The notes beneath the pieces were generated by a model. That model did not search any database. It was not told the origin of the DNA and was given only the letters and a program-made list of their open reading frames with translations. 64,000 bases of DNA, taken from the NCBI GenBank assembly GCA_030390025.1, contig CM059433.1, positions 15,440,001-15,504,000 on the forward strand, written 5' to 3'. The stretch's first letter is position 1, and the number at the start of each line of letters is the position of its first letter. Shown one piece after another: positions 37,896 to 49,065 of the stretch. The stretch comes from Squalus acanthias (Eukaryota). The translations under genes and the position numbers were made by a program.

Positions 37896-38673
37896 GGGGG
37901 GAAAATTGGGTATCGCCCATTTTGGGGAGCTAATATCGGCCGGGCGCAAAGTTTAGCTAATTATCACCTCCAACTGCAAAATTCGCCTCTATCGCCCCTC
38001 GAGGTGATTTGAGCACTAAATCAGGCGCTACACACCTCTCTTAAGGCGCAAACGTCGGGGAGTGAGGCGCTACCTCAGAATGCTACCGAAGCTCAGGTGA
38101 TGTCAATCACCATGGAATCCAGACAGACTGGCACCATCCAGTTCTAAAAGGGGAGTGGCCATCTTGCTGGCCAGCCACACCCTGCTCATTGCAGCCTTGA
38201 ATCTCAGCCTGGAGAGACCTCTAAAGCAATTGTGTTTGGAAGCAATAATGGATAGGCCCAGGGAAAGAGCTCAGCATTTAGGAACCTCAAAAGTGGTGCT
38301 TTGGCCAAAATTCCTTAGGACAGCGTTAAATCTCTCGAGACATCTCTCTCCCTCTCAACCTGCCTGTACCAAAAATTTTGCCAACAAGAAAAGGCAGGAA
38401 GCTCCCCATGCCCCTTCCCAACTTGAAAACGTTCCCCTCTACCTGTCGTTCCTAGCGGCAGGAGCTAATGCAGGGGGCGTGACTCAATATCCGGTCCGGG
38501 GCGCTACCGGGGCGTTGCACACTCGACTGATGTCACGATCTGCGGGAACAGGAGATCGTGGCAGTAGTGTTTAGCGCCGCCGCAAAACGACTGGTCAATT
38601 TTGCGAGCGACGCCCTGTTAGTGCCCCCCCGGAGGCGCTAACGGGAGGCACTAACCAACCGAATTTCCCCCCC
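37896..38673. mobile_element. Non-autonomous Harbinger derivative (MITE), opposite orientation to 42132-43013, inserted in a CR1 3' end
   Basis: G-run+AAAATT / AATTT+C-run TIRs; interior is reverse-complement-similar to 42132-43013. Confidence 0.82.
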
Positions 38674-39609
38674 TATCCCTTGATTCCCTTAATATTCAAA
38701 AATGTATCGATTTCTGTCTTGAATATACTCAACGACTGAGCCTCCACAGCCCTCTGAGGTAGAGAATTTCAAAGATTCACCACCCTCTGAGTGAAGAAAT
38801 TTCTTCTCATCTCAGTCCTAAATAGCTGACCCCTTATTCTGAGACTGTGACCCCTGGTCCTAGACTCTCCAGCCAGGGGAAACACTCCTGCACCTCCCAG
38901 CTCCACATTCAGGTAAGTATTTTTGGTGGCAGCCTGCAGCGGTCCCTTTAAGGACCACTGCTTAGGCCCCATGTAAGCCTGGTTTTCCTCAACGCCTAGC
39001 TCTGAGATTGACCTCAGAGTGTGCATGAAGGTATGATGTTCCTTAAAACATCTTTCTTTTCAGGAGAATACCCACAAGTTCTTTGCCTCAGCCTTCACTA
39101 GAAAGATGGCACATCATCACCCCTTCCTCTGAGTTCACTCAAGCTCTGTGACTCACCTGGTGCCACATGCTAACCACCACTATCTAATTCCCCCCAGATG
39201 AAAGTCTATCAGCTGGTCTCTGAGAGAGAGGAAGTTAGTGCCGTAGGTGGTGAGTTGAAGAAGGTTAGGGCAGAGGAAGAATCAGCGGGACAGGGAAGTT
39301 GCAATTGGTGGGTAGCCCGATCCTCATCCTCGTCTTCCTCATCATCATCGACATATGTGATGAGGGAGAAAAAAATCTCCTCAGCTCTTCCTTATCATTA
39401 TTTCCTCCTCCTGTACCACCCCCCCCCCCCCCCCACCCCCCCCTGATTGCTGTGCTCGATCTGCAGGAAAAGAAGACAGAAGGTAAGAGTGGGATTAAAA
39501 CTGAGAAACCGGCTGGTATGTTCTGTCTCTGAGTGCTTCAGAGGGTAAGGGTAATTAAGTGCCCTTAACCAGAGTGCAGTGTGAAGGTAAAGAGGGTGCT
39601 TGTGGCTAT

Positions 39610-40142
39610 AGAACATAGAAAAATAGGAGCAGGAGTAGGCCATTCGTCCCTTCGAGCCTGCTCCGCCATGCAATATGATCATGGCTGATCCTCTATCTCA
39701 ATACCATATTCCCGCTCTCTCCCCATACCCCTTGATGCCTTTTGTGTCTAGAAATCTATCTATCTCCTTCTTAAATATATTCAGTGACTTGGCCTCCACA
39801 GCCTTCTGTGGTAGAGAATTCCACAGGTTCACCACCCTCTGAGTGAAGAAATTTCTCATCATCTCTGTCCTAAATGTCCTACCCTGTATCCTGAGACTGT
39901 GACCCCTCGTTCTAGATCCGCCCCCCCCCCCCCAGCCAGGGGAAACATCCTCCCTGCATCCAGTCTGTTTAGCCCTGTCTGAATTTTATGCGTTTCAATG
40001 AGATCCCTTCTCATTCTTCTAAACTCCAATGAATACAGGCCTAGTCAACCCAATCTCTCCTCATACGACAGTCCTGCCATCCCAGGAATCAGTCTGGTGA
40101 ACCTTCGCTGCACTCTCTCTATGGCAAGTATATCCTTTCTGG
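39610..40142 (-). mobile_element. CR1 3' fragment
   Basis: ERVQRRFTRLIPGMAGLSYEERLG; nearly the same sequence as 59197-59702. Confidence 0.85.
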
Positions 40143-42131
40143 GCAAGTAAGAAAGGGAAAGATTGCCCAGTATGTTACTTTGTGGAGAAGTCGTTGAAAT
40201 GTTTCCAGCATGGTTCTGCTGTCGTGGGGTGAGGGAATTGGCACTCAGTGCCAGTGTCACTTCCCTTCAGGCAGGACGAGTGACATTTCTGGCTGGCTTG
40301 CTGGCACCCACACCTGTGCACTCTGCATTCCATTTCTTCGGGGAGGATTTGAAGGTCTGAATCAGTGAAGTGTTGCATTCTTCTCTGGCTTGGTGCCATT
40401 CCCTGATGCCCTCTGGGTCCAGATGGGGGGGTATTTGTGTCGCCGTATTTCTGTACAAGTATAATAAAAATATTACTAAGACATGCAGTGAAGTTATTTG
40501 TAAGTGAAGTGAAAAAGCAAAGCAGCGTTCCTCTCTTACTTGTTTGTACTCAGTCTGCTGAAGATTGCAGGCTGAACTGTCCTTTTAAAGGCTGCACATA
40601 GGTTTGCAGGTAATTTAGCTGTTTACACCCATTTTACTTGGGTTTTGCGCCAATGGGAAAGCAAATGAGCATTTCCAGGAAACCCTCGGAAATCTCTCTC
40701 GGCAAGGCACCAACAAGTACACATTTTTTTAAAGGGGCATAACTCATTTTGAAGAAATTCTAGTCCTCTATTTTAGCAAAACAACAACATGCATTTATAT
40801 AGCACCTTTAACATATTAAAACTTCCCAAGGCACTTCACATGAGTGTTATTACATAGGATTACATAAGATTATATAGAGTATACGGCACAGAAACAGGCT
40901 ATTCGGCCCTACCAGACTATGCCGGCGTTTATGCTCCACTCGAGCTTCCTCCCGACATTCCTCATCTAACTCTATCAGCATAACCCTCTATTCCCTTCTC
41001 CCTCATATGCTTGTCCAGCCTCCCCTTAAATGCAACTATACTGTTCGCTTCAACCACTCTCTGTGGTAGCGAGTTCCACATTCTCACCACTCTCTGGGTA
41101 AAGAAGTTTCTTCTGAATTCCCTATTGGCTTTCTTGGTGACTATCTTATATTGATGGCCTCTAGTTATGCTCTTCCTCACAAGTGGAAACATTCTCTCTG
41201 TATCCACTCTATCAAAACCTTTCAGAACTTTAAAGACCTCTATTAGGTCACCCCTCAGCCTTCTTTTTTCAAGAGAAAAGAGACCCAGCCTGTTCATCCT
41301 TTCCTCGCATTTCTGGTATCATCCTTGTAAATCTTCTCTGCACCCTCTCCAGTGCCTCTATATCCTTTTTATAATATGCGACCAAGGTTCGATACAGGTT
41401 TAGCATAACTTCCCTACTTTTCAATTCTATACCTCTAGAAATAAACCCTAGTGCTTGGTTTGCTTTTTTTATGGCCTTGCTAACCTGTGTCGCAACTTTT
41501 AGCGATTTGTGTATTTGTACTCCGAGATCCCTTTGTTCCTCTACCCCACCTAGACTCGCACCCTCCAAGTAATAAGTGACCTCCCTATTCTTCCCAGCAA
41601 AATGTAATACCTCACATTTATGTATTGAACTTCATTTGCCAATTATATGCCCATTCTGCGAGTTTATTAATGTCCTCCTGTAATTTGTTGCATTCCTCCT
41701 CAGTATTGACTATCCCCCCCCCCAATTTGGTGTCATCCGCAAATTTAGAAATTGTGTTTTTGATTCCAAAGTCTAAATCGTCAATGTAAATTGTGAACAA
41801 CAGTGGTCCCAGCAGGGATCCTTGTGGAACATCACTACCCACTTTCTGCCACTGTGAATAGTTACCCTTTACCCTTACTCTCTGCTTTCTGTCTTGAAGC
41901 CAGCTAGCTATCCATTCTGCTACTTGTCCCCTGACTCCGCATTCTCTGACCATGTTCATCAGTCTATTATGGGGTACCTTATCGAAGGCCTTTTGAAAAT
42001 CTAGATAAATTACATCTACTGCATTGCCATTGTCTACTCGCTCTGTTACCTCTTCAAAAAATTCAATTAGGTTGGTCAAGCAAAATTTTCCCTTTTGAAA
42101 TCCATGCTGACTATTCCTTATTATATTTTTT

Positions 42132-43013
42132 GGGGGAAAAATTCAGTTGGTTGCACCTCCCGCTAGCGCCTTAAGAGGGCGCTAATGGGGCGCAAAGCAT
42201 CTAGCGCCCAGGCGCGGCAAAGTTTGCGCTGCTCGCGAAATTAACTAGACATTTTGCGGCGGTGCTAAACACTACCACCACGATCTCCTGCGCCGGCAGA
42301 TCGTGACGTCAGTCGAGTGCGCAACGCCCCGGAGTGGATATTGAGTGGCGCCCCCTGCCTTACTGCCTGACGCTAGCAACGACAGGTTGAGGGGAGCGTT
42401 CTGCAGTCATGAAGGGAAAGGGGGAGCGCTATTTAAAGGTGACCGCTTCCTGCCTTTTATTGTTGGTGCCATTTTTGAACTACGCATTCTGAGAGAGAGA
42501 GAGAGAGACTTCTGGAGAGATTCAACGTTGTGTGAAGGAGTTTTGGGTACTGAGCAGCACTTTGCAGGTTCATTTTGATTTGCCATTCCTTGTATCGATT
42601 TAGAAGAGACTGTGGGAGCTGCACTCTGAGCTCTTTGCCTGGTACTCTCCATTGTTCTTTCCAGCAGATTTGATGTGCAGGTCTCTCCAGGCCGAGATTC
42701 AAGGCTGCAATGAGCAGGATGTGGATGGAAAGCAAGATTAACCATCCCCTTTAAGAACTGGCCCGTGCCATTGTGTGTGTGTTCCATTGCTGACTGACAT
42801 TACATGAGCTTTGCCAGCGCTCTGAGGTAGCGCCTCGCTCCTCGGCCTTTGCGCCTTAAGACAGGTGTGAAGCGCCTGATTTAGCGCTCCAATCACCTCC
42901 AGGGGCGATAAAAGTCAAGTTTGCAGTCGGTGGCGATAATTAGCGCCAGGCGCTAATCTTTGCGCCCGGCCGATAATTGCACCCCAAATGGGGCGATACT
43001 GAATTTCTCCCCC
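42132..43013. mobile_element. Non-autonomous Harbinger derivative (MITE) inserted in CR1
   Basis: Both ends closely match the ends of 44196-48451; interior deleted; CR1 RT frame interrupted at this point. Confidence 0.88.
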
Positions 43014-44707
43014 TTGGTTTCTAGATGTTCTTCTATTTTCTCCTTTAGTAGGGATTCCATTATTTTTCCTACCACCGATGTTAAGCTGACTGGTCTATAA
43101 TTCCCTGGACATGTTCTATCCCCCTTCTTAAATATAGGTATTGCATTAGCTATCCACCAGTCTTCTGGCACTACACCTTTTTCTAATGAATTGTTAAATA
43201 TGCGTAGTAATGCTTCTGCTATCTCTTCCCTAGATTCTTTTAAAATGCGTGGATGCAATCCATCTGGACCAGGGGTTTTATCCTCTTTGAGTTTGATTAG
43301 TTTATTTAATATATCCCCTCTTTTTATTTTAAATGCACTTATCTCCTTACTAATCTCATCATCCAATGTCATGTCCACCTGTTCTATCTCCCAGGTAAAT
43401 AGTGAAGCAAAATAATTATTTAATATTTCTGCCATCTCTCTATCGTTACCTGTGGTATTATCCTGTCTATCCCTTAATGGCCCTATTCCCATCCCAACCT
43501 TCCTATTTTTTTTGATGTGCCTGTAAAATATTTTACTATTTTGTTTTATGTTCCTTGATAATTTAATTTCCTAGTTCCTCTTTGCCTTCCTAATTGTTTT
43601 TCTGACTTCTCTCCTAATCTCTTCATATTCTCCCTTATCATGCACTCCCCTGCTGTCCATGTGCTTAATGTATGCCTCCTTCCTTACCCTCAATTGTTCC
43701 CTTATGGATTTATTCATCCATGGAGTCTCATTAATGTTTAGTTTGTTCTTTCCTTTTAGTGGAATATATTGTTCCAACACTCTGTTGAACACTGTTTTAA
43801 ATGTTTCCCATTGCTGTTCTACATCATTGTTTGCCAATATTGTTGCCCATTTTATTTTCCCAAGTTCTATTCTCAGCCCCTCAAAATCAGCTTTTCTCCA
43901 GTCTATTAACCTGGTTTTGTCATACTTATGTCCTTCTCAATTATCATCTTAAAGCGTATTATATTATGGTCACTATTGCCTAGATGTTCCCCTACTTTTA
44001 CTTTTCTTATCTGCTCTGGTTCATTCCCCATTACTAGATCAAATAGTGAATCCTCCCTTGCTGGGCCTTTTACATATTGGGTTAGAAAGGAGTCCTGTAG
44101 ACATTGTAAGAACTCCCTTCCCTTATCCCCTTTACCTGCCTCTTCTGTCCAATTTATATTGGGGTAGTTGAAATCCCTCATGATTATTATTCTATGGGGG
44201 AAAAATTCAGTTGGTTGCGCCTCCCGTTAGCGCCTTAAGAGGGCGCTAATGGGGCGTTAAGGCGCTAACGCCCGGGCGCAGCGCTGTTTGCGCCGCTCGA
44301 GAACTTAACTTGAGATTGTGCGGCGGCGCTAAAACTTAGCGCTGCGACCACCTGCGCGCGCAGATTGTGACGTCATTCCATGGTGCAACGCCCTTGGGGC
44401 GCCCCGGAGCGGAAATTGAGTGGCGCCCCCTGCCTTACCGCCTGGCGCTTCCAACGACCGGAAGACTGGAACGTTATCAATCGGTGTGGGGCTGGGGGGG
44501 GCGCTATTTAAAGGGGGCCTCTTCCTGTCTTTTTCTGTGGTCGACATTTATGCACCACTCGTTCTGAGAGAGAGAGAGAGATTCGGAGAGAGAGAGAGAG
44601 AGACTTCTACATTGACTCAACGCTTTGTGAGGTAGTTTGGCCTAGTTCATCCTAACTTTGCTGCTACTTTAGTTGCTGTACCTCATTACTTTTCTGGCAA
44701 AGAGAAT

Positions 44708-45868
44708 ATGGGGGCTGCAATGATTGGGGGCGTCGTCCTGCTCCAGCTCAATCGGAGGATAGTGAGACGCAGACAGAGAGTGGCAATGATGGCCAGACGG
44801 AGGAGGGCCATCAGGCGCATGTACAGGAGAGCTTACCCTCCCAGGGTATATCGTGAACAGCTCTCCTACATCCATATGTCCGAGGAGCTGTGTTTGCGAA
44901 GGCTGCGATTCAGCAAGGAGGTGGTCACTGAGCTCTGCCACCTGCTGCAGCCAGATCTGCAGCCTCAGCTGAGGTCCAGGACGTCTCTGTCGGTGGCAGT
45001 GAAGGTCACAGTGGCTTTGAACTTCTACGCCACTGGCTCATTCCAAGCTGCTGTTGGGGACCTCGCCAATATCTCCCAGTTTGCGGTGCATCGCTGCATC
45101 CGGCAGGTCACCAATGCCCTCTTCACAAGGAGACGAGACTTCATCTCCTTCCCTATGACCCCAGACAAGCAGCATGACCATGCTATGGGCTTTGCGAGGG
45201 TAGCGGGCTTCCCCATGGTGCAGGGCGCCATTGACTGCACGCATGTGGCTTTGCGTGCTCCGCGAGAGAATGCAGAGGAGTTCCGGAACAGAAAGGGGTT
45301 CCATTCCTTGAATGTGCAGTTGGTCTGTGACCACAGACAGGTGATTCTCGCTGTCAATGCCCACTATCCGGGCAGCTGCCACGATGCTTTCATCCTGCGC
45401 CAGAGTACTGTGGCAGAAATTTTCGAGGCACCGCATCAGCCAGTTGGTTGGCTTCTGGGGGACAAGGGGTACGCATTGAGCACCTGGCTGATGACACCGC
45501 TCCGTGCGCCAAACACCCCTGCTGAGCTGCGGTACCAGGAAAGCCAACAAGCAACCAGGAACATTATTGAGCGCACAATCGGCGTGCTGAAACAACGATT
45601 CCGCTGTCTGGACCATTCCGGAGGAGCCCTGCAGTACTCGCCTGAGCAAGTTTCGAAATTCGTAGTCGTGTGCTGCATGTTGCACAACATGGCAATCCTC
45701 AGGACGCAGCCAATGCCACCAGGCCTTGCAGCACCACAAGAGGAGGAGGAGGAAGAGGAGGAACAGGACGAGGACGATGATCAGCAGCAGCACCAAGGCA
45801 GGAGGGCGGCCCACAATGGTCAAACTGCAAGGGCCGTCCGTCAACGACTAATAGCAAGCCGCTTCTAG
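44708..45868 (+). CDS. Harbinger (HARBI1-like) DDE transposase
   Basis: 386-aa intact ORF with GAIDCTHV, NRKGFHSLNVQLVCD, PGSCHDAFIL, LLGDKGY, RNIIERTIGVLKQRFRCL, CCMLHN motifs; AATAAA/ATTTATT convergent 3' region about 45980-46130. Confidence 0.93.
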   Translation: MGAAMIGGVVLLQLNRRIVRRRQRVAMMARRRRAIRRMYRRAYPPRVYREQLSYIHMSEELCLRRLRFSKEVVTELCHLLQPDLQPQLRSRTSLSVAVKVTVALNFYATGSFQAAVGDLANISQFAVHRCIRQVTNALFTRRRDFISFPMTPDKQHDHAMGFARVAGFPMVQGAIDCTHVALRAPRENAEEFRNRKGFHSLNVQLVCDHRQVILAVNAHYPGSCHDAFILRQSTVAEIFEAPHQPVGWLLGDKGYALSTWLMTPLRAPNTPAELRYQESQQATRNIIERTIGVLKQRFRCLDHSGGALQYSPEQVSKFVVVCCMLHNMAILRTQPMPPGLAAPQEEEEEEEEQDEDDDQQQHQGRRAAHNGQTARAVRQRLIASRF

Positions 45869-46162
45869 GGCCCCTGCCATTGCTACAAACACGAATCAAC
45901 CCAGCACGCAACCCCTAAGCCGGCCAAGGCACCAATAATTCCAACCACCAGCCATGTATATTTTGAATACAGAAACTTATTTATTGTACAAACTCTGTGT
46001 GTGTCAATTCCTCATGACAAACTCATAGAAATAAACACATAAAAACAGTCAATAACATAACTGGTTCTCACAACCTGGAGATAATGTCCAAAACACTAAA
46101 CAAAAGTTGGGCCATGAACCTCGGCCTTTAATAAAAAAATGACCAGCATTTTGGCACACCTC

Positions 46163-48094
46163 CTACATTTTGCCCTTCGAGGGTGATCTCCTTCCCTTGC
46201 GCACTTCCCCCCTTCTAACCCTACTGCTCCTCCGTAATGGGACCTCAGTGGCTGCAGCAAGGCTGGTGGAAGGCTGCTGCTCGTCAGACCCTGACACTGC
46301 AGATGCCCCTGAAGGACGGCCTCGACCACTTCTGAGCCTGGAGGGCCCGGCTGCAGACTGCACCAACTCTGCATGGGCGGCAGCAGTCTGTCCTACAGGC
46401 GGTGGCAAGTGCAGTGGAGAAGTGACAGTGTTGGCAGCAGGAATGCTGTCATCGTGAGAGAGGACAGCAACTCCCTGCTCGCCCGACACACTGGCACTCC
46501 CACGGGGCAGCACTTCAGCATCCGGAGCAATTTGCCGGAGAACAGATTGCTGGCCTGCTGCGGCGCGGTGACAGCCCCGGGGACATGTGCACGAACCATC
46601 GAGGATGGCAGCAGTCAGTGCTCGCGTGGCCTCAATCTGAGTCTGCATGAGAGCAGTCTCAGATGGGTTCCTGGCAGCCAGTGACTGAATTGCAGCACTA
46701 AGCTTTAGTGTGGCATCCGCCTGTGCTACAGCGAAGTGCTCCACACTCCTTGCCAGTGCCTCAATGCATTCGGGCACCCTTCCCACTGCACCCATGAGCT
46801 CAGTGTGCATGCCCACCGCCTGGCTGTTCATTTCTGCAATCAGCCGCTCCTCCTCTGCGTCCATTGCAGTAGGAGTGTCTGGCATACTCTCCCTCTGGGG
46901 AGAAGGCTCCCGTTCTTCCCTCCCCCCCCCCATGGCGTTGCTGCAGCCCGCTGGGTCCTGGAGCTTCACCATCATCAGACCCTTCCCCCCTGCTCCCCTC
47001 CGGGGAAGGCGTGTTCCCAGTGTGGCCATGGGCTTCCTCGGGAGAGGGTGGCACTGATGCTCCGGCTTCCTCTTCCTCCTCAGCTGCAGCATCACTCCCA
47101 GTGGCAGCTTCAGGGACCATCTCCTCAGCTGGTGAATCACCATCTGAAAGCAGGGAGGTACAAGAGTGGCTTTAGCGTGAGGACAGGGTGGCAGTAAGGG
47201 AGGAATAAGTGCAGCGAGTTAGCAAGTTGGATTGAAAGTGTCAAAGGCTGGTATTGTGAGGGACAAGTGGAAGGACAGAGGACAAAAAGGTGATGACCTT
47301 ACCATTGCTGTCCACAACGGGGTCGGCGTCCCCAGTGGCGACGGGACCGATCACCCGGCTTGCCACAATCCTGTGGACGCGCTCCTCCAGATCGCTGAGG
47401 GGTTGCAGCTGAAGCCGCCCTCCACCCGTCCATTGCTGCTGTCTCCGATTATGAGCCAGCTTAGCCTGCAAGAAAAAGGACAGCATCTGAGTAAATATAC
47501 AGCCATGGTCTTGCCTGATGTGCCTCCCATAGGTGAATAGCCCTTACAATATACAGCCATGGTCTTGCCTGATGTGCCTCCCATAGGTGAATAGCCCTTA
47601 CAATATGCAGCCATGGTCTTGCCTGATGTGCCTCCCATAGGTGAATAGCCCTTACAATATGCAGCCATGGTCTTGCCTGATGTGCCTCCCATAGGTGAAT
47701 AGCCCTTACTGTATGCAAAGTGTGGAGTGTGTGTGTGTGTTTGATGAAAGGGCCATAGGTGTTGCATGAGTGTTGTGCATTGGGGTTTTAAGACCCTCTG
47801 GCCATATAGTGAGGTTGAGATGGAGGGATGGAGAGGTATTGAGAAAAAGCCACTCACCCTGACGACCCGAGTGAGGTCGTTGAATTTTTTGCGGCACTGA
47901 ACATGGGTCCTGGGCACCATGCTCCTGGAGGAGACGCTCTGAGCCACCTCCCTCCACACTCTTCTGAACTCGCGTGGCAAAGGCCTCCTGCCACTCTCCG
48001 GGAACAGCATGCATCGTCTGCGCTCCACTGCGCCAACCAGAGCATCCAAGGCCCGCTCGGTGAAGCGATGAGCGCGTTCTCTTACCCTCTCCAT
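46163..48094 (-). CDS. Harbinger Myb/SANT-like DNA-binding partner gene, 3 predicted exons (48094-47858, 47465-47303, 47143-46163), one frameshift in a G10 run
   Basis: RAHRFTERALDALV...WREVAQSVSS...RTHVQCRKKFNDL trihelix motif; canonical GT/AG sites with compatible phases; frames switch at the C10 run 46922-46931. Confidence 0.75.
47493..47709. repeat. 54-bp tandem repeat (about 4 copies) in intron 1 of the Myb-like gene
   Basis: CAGCCATGGTCTTGCCTGATGTGCCTCCCATAGGTGAATAGCCCTTAC repeated with period 54. Confidence 0.9.
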
Positions 48095-49065
48095 GCTTGG
48101 CAGCAAAATGGATTACAGGTCTCTCCAGGCTGAGATTCAAGGCTGCAATGAGCAGGGTGTGGCTGGGGAGCAAGTGGCCCCCCCCGCTTTAAGAAGTGTC
48201 CGGCGCCAGTGTGTCTGTGTTCCCTCGCTAACTGGCAGCAGCTGCGCTGCGCTCGTGCGCTGAGGTAGCGCCTCACTCCTAGGCCTTTGCGCCTTAAGAG
48301 AGGTGTGCAGCGCCTAATTTAGCGCTCCACTCACCTCCCGGGGCGGTAAAAGTGAAGTTTCCTGTCAGTGCCGATAATTAGCGCCAGGCGCTAATATTTG
48401 CGCTCGGACGATATTTGCGCCCCAAATGGGGCGCGACCTAATTTCTACCCCTATGTTTTTTACTCATTTCCCTAATTTGTCTGCATATTTCTTCCTCCAC
48501 CTCCCTTCCAGTATTAGGTGGTCTGTAGACTACACCTATTAGTGTGATTGATCCTTTATTATCATTTATCTCTATCCATTTGGATTCTATTTTTGTCTTG
48601 CTGATAGCTGCGTCACTTTTTTCTACTGCCGTTATGTTATCCCTAATAAGTACAGCTACACCACCCTTTTTCCCTCTCTATCTTTTCTAAATATGTTATA
48701 CCCTGCAATGTTTAATTCCCAGTCCTGATTTTTCTGTAGCCATGTCTCAGTAATCCTTCTTATGTCTGGTTCCTCGCAACGTATGATTGCCTCCAGCTCC
48801 CCTGTTTTATTACAGATACTGTGTGCGTTTGCTGAACAGACAGTTTAACTAATTTTTAATAGGATTTCCTCTCACTTTATGTTTAACCATCTTTTTAGAC
48901 TCCTGTTCTATAACTCTATTTATTCCCTTGCCATCAATGTCCTCCCTTACTTTATTCTTTCCTGTGCTCACTTTTCCTGCTTTGTTTATATTTTGACACT
49001 GAGCCAAATAAGGAGATATTAGGACAGGGCTTGGTCAAAGAGGTAGGTTTTTAAAGAGCATCTTA

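Larger units (their letters stand above)
44196..48451. mobile_element. Near-intact autonomous-type PIF/Harbinger DNA transposon
   Basis: TIRs GGGGGAAAAATT / AATTTCTACCCC, TAT TSD (44193-44195, 48452-48454), convergent transposase and Myb/SANT genes; CR1 sequence resumes on both sides. Confidence 0.92.
40851..48990 (-). mobile_element. CR1 LINE (ORF2 EN-RT, degenerate), interrupted by a MITE and a Harbinger transposon
   Basis: DFNYPNINW (EN), KTPGPDG, NYRPVSLTS, YLDFQKAFDKV, VPQGSLLGP, KFADDTK, RRLRGDLIEV fragments in order on the minus strand. Confidence 0.9.

Noticed and set aside
45038..45844. 268-aa antisense ORF
   Set aside because: Shadow of the GC-rich transposase ORF
44708..45868. 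Domesticated host HARBI1 gene
   Set aside because: Flanked by TIRs and TSD, paired with a Myb-like gene and inserted in a CR1, so it is a transposon copy
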